A DNA stretch of 64,000 nt from Candidatus Krumholzibacteriota bacterium (GCA_963727455.1 CAVSGG010000009.1:352001-416000), one strand, 5' to 3'. Shown: positions 1-11,239, counted from the stretch's first letter. Numbers and translations: made by a program. Notes: generated by a model not told the origin, from the letters alone.

Positions 1-1000
1 ATTGAATCCGACTTCCCTCCAGGTGATCAGTTGGTCGAGAAACGCCTCCGCACCTTCCGACATGCCCCACCACCCGTTTCGCGCACCCTTGCCTTTGCCC
101 GCTGACCCGGGAGAAATTCCAGCCTTCGCGTTCGGCCAGGGCGGTGAAGATCTCGTGGGAGCGAATGTACCCATAGTGTAGATGGGCGGAGAGTCTGCTG
201 CAGGCATGGAGCTCCGGCTGGTTGCGCTCTTGAAATAGCGGTCCAGTTTCGTCTCCAGGAAGTCTTCAGGGCGCGCCGCGCCGCCTTCGTGCCGCCATGA
301 CGCTTCTCCACCCGCGCCACGCTGTGATCGATCGGGAGCGCGGAGAGCAGGGAATCGATGGATTTCTCGCGGAAAGGCGGGGCCAGCGCGTCTCGATTTC
401 TTCAAGATCCGCGCGGAAGGGAAGCAGATCCGCCCGCGCAGAGGATCACACACGAGGGAATTCTCGCAGGGGCGCGCTCAGCTCTCGTTGCAGATGACGC
501 CGGAAGTCATGAGCGCGAGCGAACGCCTTCTGGGACTGTGCCAGGGGCAAGATGCCGCAGGAGTCGACGGCATCCATCGCGAATCGACTTGCGTCGCAGC
601 ACTTTCAGCATCCGCGGGTAGAAGAACCCGGGATGGTCGTCGGTCACCACACAGACTGCGCGCGCGGCGAGAGCAGCGAGGAGACCCGAGCCGGCGTCAG
701 GCTTGGGCTCCACGTAGGGATAATACCCGACGCCACTGTTGCGTAGGGCCTCCTCGTGCTCGCGCATGCCCTCCAGCAGGAAGGCATGGTGCCGGTCGGA
801 AGCCCACGGATAGTCGGTACGAAGGGCTTCGAGAATGAGCAGGGGCCGCCGTCGCTCCGCGGCGAGCGCGACGGCCCTCTGCAACGCGAAGTTCCAGACC
901 AATCGCCGCTGAGCGACCATCCAGTACAGAACGAAGTCCCCTCAAAGCGTAGGGGACCCTCGTTCAGTACTCGGACTCGGATTGCCGGAACCACACGCAT
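1..1000 (-). CDS. Deoxyribodipyrimidine photolyase (class II CPD-type), multiply frameshifted, runs off the window start
   Basis: Pieces read in successive frames: MRVVPAIRVRVLNE; VLYWMVAQRRLVWNFALQRA..ILEALRTDYPWASDRHHAFLLEGM; AMDAVDSCGILPL..AFARAHDFRRHLQ; SRLSAHLHYG; WWGMSEGAEAFLDQLITWREVGFN. At least 5 indels are needed to join them. Confidence 0.85.
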
Positions 1001-1030
1001 ACTTCTGGTCAACCCGCCTGCCGATGCGAC

Positions 1031-1260
1031 TCAGCCGTGACCGAAGACGGTCGGGACTCCACTGCCAGCGCGAACGAATCTCTTGCCATTGAACGGCCTG
1101 ATACAGCGCGGAGACCCCGACCAGGGTATAGACCAACCGGCTGAGCGCGCTCATGTCCCCAAGATGGTGGCCACCAGGTCGAAACCGAAGAGACCGACCA
1201 GGCCCCAATTGAGACCGCCGACCACCAGAAGAATTCCACTGAGAGATCGAGCTGCTTCAT
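1031..1260 (-). CDS. DUF378 family small membrane protein, frameshifted (3' end approximate)
   Basis: MKQLD..ILLVVGGLNWGLVGLFGFDLVATILG(D)MSALSRLVYTLVGVSALYQ matches the DUF378 signature; split over ORFs 1151..1378 and 942..1208. Confidence 0.8.
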
Positions 1261-1283
1261 CTCTGTCCTCCGACTTTGAAAGC

Positions 1284-1377
1284 TTGTCCAAGATTTGTCC
1301 AACACCACGCGGAAATTTACGCGGGATTGGCCATATGTCAAGGATATGTCTTATTATTTCTAGACAATACTTGGACA
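1284..1377. promoter_or_regulatory. Putative CarH/LitR operator: three pairs of 11-bp-spaced TGTC/GACA (TnnACA-like) repeats
   Basis: TTGTCCAA at 1284 and 1295; ATATGTC at 1333 and 1344; TAGACA at 1361 and TGGACA at 1372. All lie in the AT-rich divergent gap between DUF378/photolyase and the MerR-B12 regulator. Confidence 0.7.
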
Positions 1378-1395
1378 AAAGGGGGTGGGGCTTTC

Positions 1396-1989
1396 GTGAT
1401 ACAGAAAAGGCATCCCATTCAAGTCGCGGCTCTGCGCGCCGGGTTGAGCCCGGAACTCCCGGGGGCCTGGGAAAAGCGCTACCAGGCCGTCGCCCGCGCG
1501 CGGACCGGGGCGGGCAGCGCGTCTATTCCGACTAGGAAATTCCTCGGCTGCGTCTTTTGCGGCTGGCGGCGGGACGGCGGATCGGGGGCGTCGCCTTCCT
1601 CACGACCGAGGAACTCTCGGCCCTCGTCGAAGAGGATCACACGCAGCTTGCCCAGCAGCGTTTTGCGACCGCCGCTTCGCCCACTGCAGAGGCCGTGGTT
1701 AGTGACTTATCTGGGAGCGGATCTCCCGCTGGAAGACGTTGCCGTAGCCGTGGTCAAGACGAAAGCCCAGGCTCTGGCCCTCAGCCTGGTCCACCCCGCA
1801 GCGGACCCCGAACTGCGCGAGGAACTCCTCAAACTCAGGCAACTACTTCCCGCGCAGGTGGCAATCATCGCCGGGGGCGCCGCAGCGGAGAGCTACCGGG
1901 AAGTCTGGAGCCAGATCGAGGCGCGAGTCCTCACGAATCCTCTCGAACTGAAGCACACCTTGGCAGAAATCGAGAGCGAGAAAAGCTGA
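1396..1989 (+). pseudogene. MerR-family cobalamin-binding photoregulator (CarH/LitR-like), disrupted
   Basis: N-terminal MerR HTH HPIQVAALRAGLSPEL..AWEKRY..GGQRVYSD is followed by TAG at 1533-1535. C-terminal B12 Rossmann half is VTYLGADLP..ALALSLV..IIAGGAA. The helical bundle and ExH motif are missing (junction near 1700). Confidence 0.75.
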
Positions 1990-2006
1990 TTCTCCGAAGG
2001 GAAAGC

Positions 2007-2416
2007 TCAGTCCACTTTCACCACCACGGTATTGGCGAGCTTGTCGCCCAGACGCTGACGCCGCTCTCCGAAAATGAAGATCCAGTCGATCCAATTCAGA
2101 ATGAGAGCGAGATGTTGCGAACGAAGGACTCGCCGAATCCACAAGGCCTTCCCGTAGTGGCATTGATCACGCGCGAATTCACGCCCTTCTTCCCCAAACT
2201 CTGGCCCTCGGGAAGTCCATCCTGAAGCAGGAGATAGAACAGGGCGGGGATGGATCCGAGCACGACCGCGACCGTTTCGCCCAGCATGAAGTGCAAAAGG
2301 AAAATCGGAATGAACACGAGCGCCACGTAGACGAGTCCATCCAGGAACTGACCTAGCCAGCGTTCGAAGCGCGTGGCGTAGCGATACTGTCTTCCGGCAA
2401 TTTCGATCTGGTCCAT
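2007..2416 (-). CDS. RDD family membrane protein (one frameshift near 2100)
   Basis: YATRFERWLGQFLDG..GQSLGKK..ESFVRN / WIDWIFIFGERRQRLGDKLANTVVVK. Confidence 0.85.
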
Positions 2417-2562
2417 GAATTCGTCTCCCTTCCGAGTACGGACGGATGAACCAAAAAGGGGTTGGGCGCCAGTCTGTCCGAATCGCCGCGAGAAATCCAC
2501 CGTTCTTCAAAGTGCGCGCTGATGTGCTAAGCTTCCCCAGCTCGTGAGTCGTCCGTCTGTTC

Positions 2563-5500
2563 TTGCCGATCCACCCCCACGAGAGGCATCGAGCGCCATG
2601 TGTGACCGTCATCTGCGATACGCGAATCATCCTGATTCCATTGCTCTTCGTCTCGCTCGTGGCTGCTTCGATCGTCCACGCGGGCACCCCTTCTCCGCAG
2701 TCCTGGCGCGACATCACGGTTTATCAAATCGTGACCGACCGATTTTTCGACGGTGCAAGCTCCAACGACAATCTGGGCGGCAGCTACGATCCCTCAGACG
2801 GTTCTCGTGCACACGGAGGGGACTTCCAGGGACTCCAGGCAAAGCTGGACTACATCGCGGGACTGGGAGTGGACGCGGTCTGGATTTCCCCGGTCGTGCT
2901 CAACGCCAACGGCGAATACCACGGTTACGCGGCGCGTGATTTCTTCACCATCGCCCCTCAAATGGGTGGACTCTCCGGACTTCAATCCTTCGTCTCCGCT
3001 GCACATGCGCGTGGTATCTACGTGATCCTCGACGTGGTCACGAACCACATGGGCAATCTCATCGGATCCTTCGATCCCGGTTATCCCGACTACGATCCCT
3101 CCGGCGGCTATCAGCTGAACTGGTGGAACGCCGCCAATCATTACGACCCTCCCTTCGACGATCTCTCGTGGTTTCATTCCAACGGAGAGATCCAGGATTA
3201 CTCCGACCCCGAGCAGATTGTGGGCGGGCTCTTCGGCCTGGATGATCTGAAAACTGAGTTGCCGGCGGTTCGCGACGTTTTGGCTGACGCCTATTCGCAG
3301 CTCATCCAGGAAACCGACTGCGACGGCTTTCGCATCGACACGGTCAAGCATGTGGAGATCGGGTTCTGGCAGGATTTCGCGCCGCGCATCCGCGCCGCCG
3401 CGCTGGCGGAGGGAAAGGACAATTTCCTGCTCATGGGAGAGGTCTACGACGGGGATCCGGCCAAGGTGGGCTACTACACGGGAACCCAGGCGGGTGGGGC
3501 CTATGCTCTGAACTCGGCCACCTGGTTTCCCATGTGTTTCGCGGCACGCTGGGTCTTCTCGGGCAACGGCTTCCCCGCGGTGCTCGACTGGGTCATGGCC
3601 GATTCGACGGCCTACGATCCCTCCACCCGCTGGCAACTGGGAAACTTCTACGACAACCACGACATGGGACGTCTCGCCGCGCAGGGCCTCGCCTGGCAAG
3701 ACGATACCCTGCTGCGCCAGGCGCTCACCTGGCTTCTGACCTGGCCCGGGATGCCCATACTCTACTATGGCACCGAGCAAGAATACGATGGCGGCGGAGA
3801 TCCCTGGAACCGAGAGGACCTGTGGGACGGGCAATGGGATTTCGGTCCGAGCCAGGGGGACGGCTACAACATGGCGACCCCGCTCTACGCACTCACCCGC
3901 CGCTTGCAGGACCTCCGTCATCAACTGCCGGCGATTCGCCGCGGGAAAATCAGCGTGCTGGCGGCGGATGATGCCGACCCCGGGGCCCTCGTGTACCTCC
4001 GCCCCGATCCCCAATCTCCCCAGCATGACGTCCTGGTGGCGATGAATACGTCCTGGATGGATACCACGGTGACGGTCCCGACTCGTTGGAACACTGGAGT
4101 GATCGTCGAGGACCGCTTGGGCTCGGGCAGAACTCTGACCGTGGGCGGCGGAGGCTACCTCGAGCTTCATCTGGCGTCGCGAGCCAACTTCCTCTTCACC
4201 CAAACGAATCCCGCGACGCGTCCGCGCATCCTGAGTCTGAGCCCTCATCACGACGGCTGGTTCCAGGACCAATACCAGAAGATCGAGATCGGCTTCGACC
4301 GGCCCATGCAGCCCGCGAGCAGCAGCTACTTCGACCTCGACCCTCCGGTTTCGTTCAGCGTGTACTGGCGCAACCAGGACACGGCGGTGATCACCCCCAC
4401 CTCACCCTGGCCCAACAGCGGCACCTGGCGCCTGCGCATCGACGCCGCTCTCACCGCACAGGACGGACAGCAGCTTGGATGAGGATTTCGAGAGCATCCT
4501 CCACAGCGGGCTGGGCGACGCCGGTCTGAACTCTGCCTTCGGGTTTCGCGGTCCAGGTGCTGATGCCGTTCAACATGCACCACCCTTTGGGTCTGGAAGT
4601 TCTACCCGGTGAGCTCACGGGACCGCATCCGCACGTGGACGATCCGCTGGTGGGCGACGTAGGAGCGCAAACGGATTCTGAGCATGCGTCCCAACCAGCG
4701 CGTATCCAGCTATGCGACACGCCCCGAGTTCCTCGACACCATTCTCTCCATCGACCGCGACGCAAGCGGCGATTTCGGAGCCGGACTCCTGGTGACGACG
4801 CCTTTCGAAGTCATGATGCAGGATGCGGATGGCGTATGGTCGCTACTCTGCACCCCCCCCAGCACGGTGGAAGCAGTCGTGGCGGGAACGGGTGCTCTGG
4901 CGGGCTACGCCTACCTGAGTTCCCCCTCGGCGGGAGGGCTCTACCGCGTCGCCCCGGGCGGCGGCAGCACGCTGTGGTCGACGGGCATGAGTCAACCGCG
5001 CGGTTTCGAGCAGGCTCCGGCCGGGCATCCGCTGGAAGGCAAGCTCGTCGTCTGTGACCCCGAGCTCGGTACGGGAGGTCGCGGCGAGCTGCTCGCAGTC
5101 GACTCCTCGGGCGCGTGGACGAGCTGGGTGGACGATCCCCTCATCGCCAACGGGATCGACATCGCCTTCGCCCCCTCCGGTCCCTTCGGCGAAGGGGTTG
5201 ACTATGTGGCCGACGCGTTCAACGAGCGCATCGTGGCGGTGAGCGCCGACGGCACGCCCTCGATCTTCGCCAGCGGTTTTGAAAACCTCTACGGCAGCGA
5301 CGTGCTGACGTTTGGAGGAGACGGTTCGCTCTACGTATTGGATCCGGGCGGATCGGAGAGCATCACCAACAGCGGCAGCACGGCCGAGCCGCGAATGCTG
5401 CGCATCAGCTCGCGTATCGCGACCGGCAGCCCCGCACCACGCATCAGCCGCCTCCGGCTGGCCGCGCATTCCAATCCCTTCAACCCGCGCGTGGAACTGA

Positions 5501-5721
5501 GTTACTCCTTGCCCTCAGCCGGACACCTGCGGCTCGACGTATACGCCGCCACCGGGCGGCACGTGGTAAGTCTGCTGGATGAAGATCGGCCAGCCGGTAC
5601 CGGACGTGTGCGGTGGGATGGCCATGACGCGAACGGAAGCCAGCTCTCGAGTGGCGTCTACCACACACGCATCCGCACCTCGACGCAGTCGGAAACGGTA
5701 AAACTGACCCTCGTGCGTTGA
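2563..5721 (+). CDS. Secreted GH13 alpha-amylase with Ig-like domain, beta-propeller-like region and FlgD/T9SS-like C-terminal domain (frameshifts at about 4480-4680; start probably near 2602)
   Basis: Signal peptide; VYQIVTDRFFDG, YHGY, DVVTNH, DGFRIDTVKH, GEVYD and DNHD catalytic motifs; IEIGFDRPM Ig-like domain; C-terminal NPFNP..WDG..SGVY..KLTLVR. Confidence 0.85.
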
Positions 5722-5816
5722 CGGGGACGGCGCGCATTGCCTAGACTTTGCGCCGGTTGGGGCGCCGGTCCATTCGTCGCCGGGACCGCTGGTTGGTATT
5801 CGCGGGGGTTCTCACC

Positions 5817-6929
5817 ATGGCTCAGGTCTCGATCGAGAAGGTTTCCAAGACCTACGGGGGAACCGTGCAAGCGGTGCGCGAGGCTTCCTTTGTGGTGCAC
5901 GACCAGGAGTTCCTGGTACTGGTCGGCCCCTCGGGCTGTGGCAAATCCACTTTGCTGCGCATGGTGGCCGGACTCGAGGACGTAACCGAGGGTACGATTC
6001 GTATCGGCGATCGCGTCGTCAACGACGTTCCACCACGCGAACGCGACATCGCCATGGTCTTTCAGAACTACGCGCTCTACCCCCACATGAGCGTTTTCGA
6101 CAACATGTCCCTGGGACTGCGCATTCGGAAAGTTCCCCGGCAGGAGATTCAGGCCAACGTGCAGCGGGCAGCACGGGTCTTGGGCATCGAAACGCTTCTC
6201 TCGCGAAAGCCCGGTGAGCTCAGCGGGGGTCAACGCCAACGCGTGGCGGTGGGTCGAGCCATCGTCCGGGAACCCAAGGTCTTCCTCTTCGACGAACCAC
6301 TCAGCAACCTCGATCCGGACATGCGCGCCGAAATGAGGACCGAGATCTCGCGCCTGCACCATCAACTCGGCGCGACCATGATCTACGTCACGCATGATCA
6401 GGTGGAGGCCATGACCATGGGCAACCGGATCGTGGTCATTAAGGATGGGATCGTGCAACAGGTGGACACGCCGATGGCGCTGTACAATCGTCCGGCGAAT
6501 CGATTCGTGGCCGGTTTCGTCGGCACCCCACGAATGAATTTCTGGCCGGCACGACTGGGCACGGACGAGGGCGGTATGCTGCGGATCGGCGAGCACCGGC
6601 TGAAACTCCAAGGTACGATGCCAAAGTCTCTGGCCCAGCTGCGCGACCGCGAATTCATCCTGGGACTTCGGGCCGAGGACACTTCATTTGCTGCATCGGC
6701 TGGCTCGTCACCTCTCAGCACCGAACTCACGGCCACGATCGACGTGATCGAACCCCTGGGAAGCGAGACGCTCCTTTACTGGAACCTGGAAGGCGTCACC
6801 GCTACGAGCCGGGTCCCCTCCACCACGGGAGTCTCCGTCGAGCAGGAAGTTCCTCTCCGCCTCAACCTGAGCCGCGCCCATTTCTTCGATCCCCAGAGTG
6901 GAAAGACTCTCCTATCGCAACCGAATTGA
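5817..6929 (+). CDS. malK: Sugar ABC transporter ATP-binding protein (MalK/UgpC/MsmX)
   Basis: GPSGCGKST, MVFQNYALYPH, LSGGQRQR, FLFDEPLSNLD, YVTHDQ, C-terminal TOBE region. Confidence 0.92.
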   Translation: MAQVSIEKVSKTYGGTVQAVREASFVVHDQEFLVLVGPSGCGKSTLLRMVAGLEDVTEGTIRIGDRVVNDVPPRERDIAMVFQNYALYPHMSVFDNMSLGLRIRKVPRQEIQANVQRAARVLGIETLLSRKPGELSGGQRQRVAVGRAIVREPKVFLFDEPLSNLDPDMRAEMRTEISRLHHQLGATMIYVTHDQVEAMTMGNRIVVIKDGIVQQVDTPMALYNRPANRFVAGFVGTPRMNFWPARLGTDEGGMLRIGEHRLKLQGTMPKSLAQLRDREFILGLRAEDTSFAASAGSSPLSTELTATIDVIEPLGSETLLYWNLEGVTATSRVPSTTGVSVEQEVPLRLNLSRAHFFDPQSGKTLLSQPN

Positions 6930-7890
6930 GGCTTTCTTCGTTCCGCGAGGTGATCGACGGCCCGCGAGCGAGGCGTGGAGCGAAAGCGGAGGTCAACGCT
7001 TCGTGACCCTGGTGGACACCACCGCTACCCACGAGGACCAGTATGCCAAGGGACGCAGCAAGCTGGGCGAGGGTCTCGTGCTTCTGTCTCCCGGGGTTCC
7101 CGCGATTCTGCAGGGAACGGAATGGCTGGAGGACATCGGGTGGGGGCCGAACTACGCCGATCGCATCGATTGGAGCAAGAAGACCACCTACTCGGGAATC
7201 TTTGCGTACTACCGGGACCTGATCGCGCTCAGGGAAACCAACCCCGCGCTGCGATCGGGAGCTTCCTGGCAGGTCTTCCATTTGAACGAGAGCGGAAACG
7301 TCATCGCCTTCCAACGCTACGACAACGGGGGGAACGTGGTCGTTTGCGTCGCGAACTTCTCCAACACCGACTGCGGAAGTTACCGTGTGGGTCTTCCCCT
7401 CTCCGGGCGCTGGAAGGTGGCGGGCCACAGCCAGGACACGAAGTACGAGGGCCCGGGCCAGAACAACCCGGAGTACTTCGATGCTGAGGCGACCAGCAGC
7501 GACATTTTCGCACAGAGCGTGGCTCTCGATCTGCCGGCCATGTCCCTGGTGTCTCTGGTCAAGGTTTCCGACCCCACCACCGCACCGGCATTGCAAGGGA
7601 CCGGAACACAGAGTCGAGCCTGGTTTGAGAGTTCCTATCCGAATCCGACAGCGGGAAACACGAGTCTCAATTACCATCTTTTCCAGAGGTCCAGCGTCGA
7701 GATCCGCATCTACGATCTCGCTGGCCGCCTGGTGAAGACGCTGGCGAGCGGTTCGCAAGCGGCCGGAGTTCACACTACGAGCTGGGATGGACGCTACTCC
7801 CAAGGAGCATCGGTGGCATCCGGAGTGTATTTCGCAAAACTCGCCGCGGCAGGTATCGTGGACACCCAGCGCCTGGTTCTGGTGCGCTGA
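6898..7890 (+). pseudogene. 5'-truncated GH13 (branching-enzyme-like) C-terminal part with FlgD/T9SS-like domain
   Basis: PGVPAILQGTEWLE..IDWSKK..YYRDLIALR..NVIAFQRY..VANFSN..YRVGLP is the GH13 end-of-barrel and C domain. Catalytic regions, signal peptide and a credible start codon are absent. Confidence 0.7.
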
Positions 7891-7892
7891 GC

Positions 7893-9566
7893 ATGCCACA
7901 ATTCGTCTACACCATGGTCAAGTTGGGAAAGGTCGTCCCTCCCAGCCGCATCATCCTCAAGGACATCACGCTGGGCTTTCTGCCGGGCGCGAAGATCGGT
8001 GTCATCGGTCACAACGGCGCCGGAAAGAGTTCCTTGCTGCGCATCATGGCCGGGCTCGACGATCATTTCGTGGGAGAAGCCAAGCCGGGAAACGGCGTGA
8101 GCGTGGGTATGCTCGCCCAGGAACCCGTCCTGGACGAAAGCAAGAACGTGGGCGGCATCGTCATGGAAGGCGTCGCAGCGGTGAAAGCGCTGCTCGACGA
8201 GTTCGAGCAGATCAGCGGCAAATTCGCCGAGCCCATGGATGAGGAGGAAATGAACGCGCTCTTGGAACGGCAGGGCCAGCTGCAGGACGAGATCGACGCG
8301 GCAAACGGTTGGGAAATCGAGCGGACCCTGGAAATCGCGATGGACGCCCTGCGCTGTCCCCCGGCCGAGGCCGAGGTGAGTGTCCTCTCCGGTGGGGAAC
8401 GGCGCCGGGTTGCCCTGTGCCGGCTACTTCTGCAAAAACCCGACTTGCTTCTTCTGGACGAACCGACGAACCACCTCGACGCGGAGAGCGTCGAATGGCT
8501 CGAGCAGTATCTCGACTCCTATCCGGGCACCGTAGTGGCCGTTACCCACGACCGCTACTTCCTCGACAACGCCGCGGGTTGGATTCTCGAGCTGGATCGC
8601 GGCCGGGGGATTCCTTTCGAGGGCAACTACTCTTCGTGGCTAGAGCAAAAGCAGCGGATCCTCGAACTGGAAGAAAAGCAGGAGAGCAAGCGAAGGCGCA
8701 CCCTGGCGCGCGAGCTCGAGTGGATTCGCATGACCCCCAAGGCCCGCCATCAAAAGAGTAAGGCGCGCATTGCGCAGTTCGACGAACTCTTGAGCGAAGC
8801 CGCTCTCAAGCGCCGACAGAAGTCGGAGATCCTCATCCCGACCGGCAGACGCCTGGGCAAGTCCGTTCTCGAGCTAAAGCATCTGCAAAAGGGCTACGGC
8901 GACCGTCTGCTCATCGACGACCTCTCGTTTTCGGTGCCTCCCGGAGAAATCGTGGGGGTGATTGGCCCCAATGGTGTCGGAAAGACCACCCTCTTCAAGA
9001 TGATCGTGGGGCAGGAGAAACCCGATGGTGGAGAAATCCATCTGGGAGAAACGGTCGATTTGGCCTACGTCGATCAGAGCCGCGAGCAGCTCGACGCGGA
9101 AAAGACGGTGTGGGAGGAGATTTCCGGTGGCTTGGAGATGATCCAGGTCGGCAAACAGGAGATGAACTCGCGCGCCTACTGCGCATCCTTCAATTTCAAA
9201 GGCCCGGACCAACAGCAAAAAGTTGGCAAGCTCTCCGGAGGTGAACGCAACCGACTCCATCTGGCCAAACTGCTCAAGAGCGGCGGGAACGTCCTCTTAC
9301 TGGACGAGCCCACCAACGATCTCGACGTGGATACCTTGCGCGCCCTGGAGGATGCCTTGGTGGAATTCGCCGGTTGCGCGCTGGTAATTTCTCACGATCG
9401 CTGGTTCCTGGACCGCGTCGCCACGCACATCCTGGCCTTCGAGGGGGAAAGCCAGGTGCGCTACTTCGAGGGCAACTACCAGGATTACGAGGACGACCGG
9501 CGTCGCCGCCTGCAGGGCGACGCACTCCGTCCCCACCGCGTGAAATTCAAGAAATTGGAAGCCTGA
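7893..9566 (+). CDS. ettA: Energy-dependent translational throttle protein EttA (ABC-F)
   Basis: [30 protein letters not shown], two ABC domains, C-terminal PHRVKFKKL. Confidence 0.96.
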   Translation: MPQFVYTMVKLGKVVPPSRIILKDITLGFLPGAKIGVIGHNGAGKSSLLRIMAGLDDHFVGEAKPGNGVSVGMLAQEPVLDESKNVGGIVMEGVAAVKALLDEFEQISGKFAEPMDEEEMNALLERQGQLQDEIDAANGWEIERTLEIAMDALRCPPAEAEVSVLSGGERRRVALCRLLLQKPDLLLLDEPTNHLDAESVEWLEQYLDSYPGTVVAVTHDRYFLDNAAGWILELDRGRGIPFEGNYSSWLEQKQRILELEEKQESKRRRTLARELEWIRMTPKARHQKSKARIAQFDELLSEAALKRRQKSEILIPTGRRLGKSVLELKHLQKGYGDRLLIDDLSFSVPPGEIVGVIGPNGVGKTTLFKMIVGQEKPDGGEIHLGETVDLAYVDQSREQLDAEKTVWEEISGGLEMIQVGKQEMNSRAYCASFNFKGPDQQQKVGKLSGGERNRLHLAKLLKSGGNVLLLDEPTNDLDVDTLRALEDALVEFAGCALVISHDRWFLDRVATHILAFEGESQVRYFEGNYQDYEDDRRRRLQGDALRPHRVKFKKLEA

Positions 9567-9572
9567 GTCCGC

Positions 9573-10253
9573 TCAGCCCTGCTTCTTGAAGCTCTTCACC
9601 AGGGCCCGCAGCCCCGCTTCCATTTCGGTCGCGGTCTGCTGTGGTCCGACCAGCTTGAAGAACACGCTGCCCTGCGGACCCTCGACGATAGCCCCCACCA
9701 TGCGATAGCCCTCGTGAGGACCGGCATCGTTGCTCATGCTGCCCGCATTGTAGGTCCCGTCCACCGACACGATGTGCACCGGCATCCCGTCCACTTCCAT
9801 GTTCTCCCGCTTGGCAGCGTCCTCGGAGCTCGAGCCGTCCGGCTGCGTCATCTGGCCGATCCAGCGCGCGATGTTGGCATCGACGCCACCGCCATTTTGG
9901 GGACCGAAATAGAACACGGTGACCTCAGCCGGGGCTTTGTCGCCCGCCACGGGAGGAAGCTGGAACTGGGCGGCGCGCATGCCGGCCGGACCCCCATCGA
10001 CCCACTCCTGCGGCACGGTGTAGCTGACTCCCGCAATGACGGTGGGCGATTTCCCGCCCGAGGCATTGGGCTGCATGCCCTCGATGGGAGGATGACCGGC
10101 CGGGAGCTCCTCATCGCCACGCACCGGCGCCTGCTTCTGCATGGAAGCCTGGTCGTTTGCGTTGGGATCCTTGGTGTTCTGGTTGCAGGCCACGAGAAAA
10201 CACGAAATAAAAGCAAAAACGACGATCGCGGCGAACGCGAATGGGCGACGCAT
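9573..10253 (-). CDS. Conserved hypothetical lipoprotein with LPxGHPP motif
   Basis: Lipobox LVAC, LPAGHPPIEGM, GGGVDANIARWIGQ, FFKLVGP; AGGAG SD upstream. Confidence 0.7.
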   Translation of the reverse strand: MRRPFAFAAIVVFAFISCFLVACNQNTKDPNANDQASMQKQAPVRGDEELPAGHPPIEGMQPNASGGKSPTVIAGVSYTVPQEWVDGGPAGMRAAQFQLPPVAGDKAPAEVTVFYFGPQNGGGVDANIARWIGQMTQPDGSSSEDAAKRENMEVDGMPVHIVSVDGTYNAGSMSNDAGPHEGYRMVGAIVEGPQGSVFFKLVGPQQTATEMEAGLRALVKSFKKQG

Positions 10254-10414
10254 CGAGCTCCTCCTGTGAAAAAAGCACCCCGAAGGGGAGGGAACAGCGC
10301 TGCTGGGCAGCCGGCCAAGTCATGGCGAATCTCAAGACGTATATCCTAGTGAAACGCGCGAAAAACCCAAGCGATTCTTGATTCCGGCTCCCGCTGCCCC
10401 CAAGCTGCCCCTCC

Positions 10415-11239
10415 ATGGCCCACTATGTCATCGGCGACATTCACGGCTGCTCGCGGACGCTGGCGCGCCTTCTGGCTCGCTTGCCCCTGCGGTCCGGTCG
10501 GGACCGTCTGCTTGCGACTGGCGACCTCGTGAACCGGGGGCCCGATTCCCTCGGGGTTCTGCGCTGGGCCATGCAGCAGCACAGCGAGCTGGTCTGCGTG
10601 CTGGGAAACCACGATCTGCATCTCTTGGCGGCGGCCTGGAAGGTGCGGGGATATTCGCGGGCCCGTGCCTTGCGTGAGGTTCTCGCGGCCGGGGATGTGG
10701 CAAAACTCCTGCAGTGGCTGCGAACGCGTCCCCTCTTGGTTCGGGAGGAAGAGAGCGGTGTACTGCTGGTCCACGCCGGTCTGTTGCCGGCGTGGACGGC
10801 CCAAGAGGCCTTGGAGCGGGCCGCCCAGTGCGAAGAACTCCTCGCGGGGCCCAATGCCCCGGCCTTGCTCGCTGTCATGAGAGCTGTCGAAGCGGGATCG
10901 ATGGCCGAGCGGTCGGACGAGCTCGTCGAGGCGGCGTCCTTCCTGCGCGTGGTCACCGGCCTGCGCGTCGTGGACCAAGAGGGCGCGATGGTGCCCTCCT
11001 TCAGCGGCGCCTTGCAGGAGCGTCCGGCCGGCAGTCGAGCCTGGTTCGCGGCGGAAGAACGGCGGACCCGCGGACAGAGGATCCTCTTTGGCCACTGGGC
11101 TCGTCTGGGATTGATGTTGCGCGAGGACGCCTGGTGCCTCGACTCGGCCTGCGTCTGGGGTGGAGCCCTGAGTGCGGTCCGACTGGAGGACGGCGCGGTA
11201 TTTCAGGAGCCCTTTGCCGACGGTGGATCCAGCTCCTGA
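10415..11239 (+). CDS. apaH: Symmetrical bis(5'-nucleosyl)-tetraphosphatase
   Basis: IGDIHGC, GDLVNRGPDS, VLGNHDLH, VHAG, FGHWA, LDSACVWGG. Confidence 0.93.
   Translation: MAHYVIGDIHGCSRTLARLLARLPLRSGRDRLLATGDLVNRGPDSLGVLRWAMQQHSELVCVLGNHDLHLLAAAWKVRGYSRARALREVLAAGDVAKLLQWLRTRPLLVREEESGVLLVHAGLLPAWTAQEALERAAQCEELLAGPNAPALLAVMRAVEAGSMAERSDELVEAASFLRVVTGLRVVDQEGAMVPSFSGALQERPAGSRAWFAAEERRTRGQRILFGHWARLGLMLREDAWCLDSACVWGGALSAVRLEDGAVFQEPFADGGSSS

Noticed and set aside
2794-4272. Long antisense ORFs (also 10714..12894, 15435..16439, 35948..37513, 40851..41978, 52639..54015)
   Set aside because: They shadow well-supported genes on the opposite strand, which is expected in high-GC DNA, and show no family motifs.
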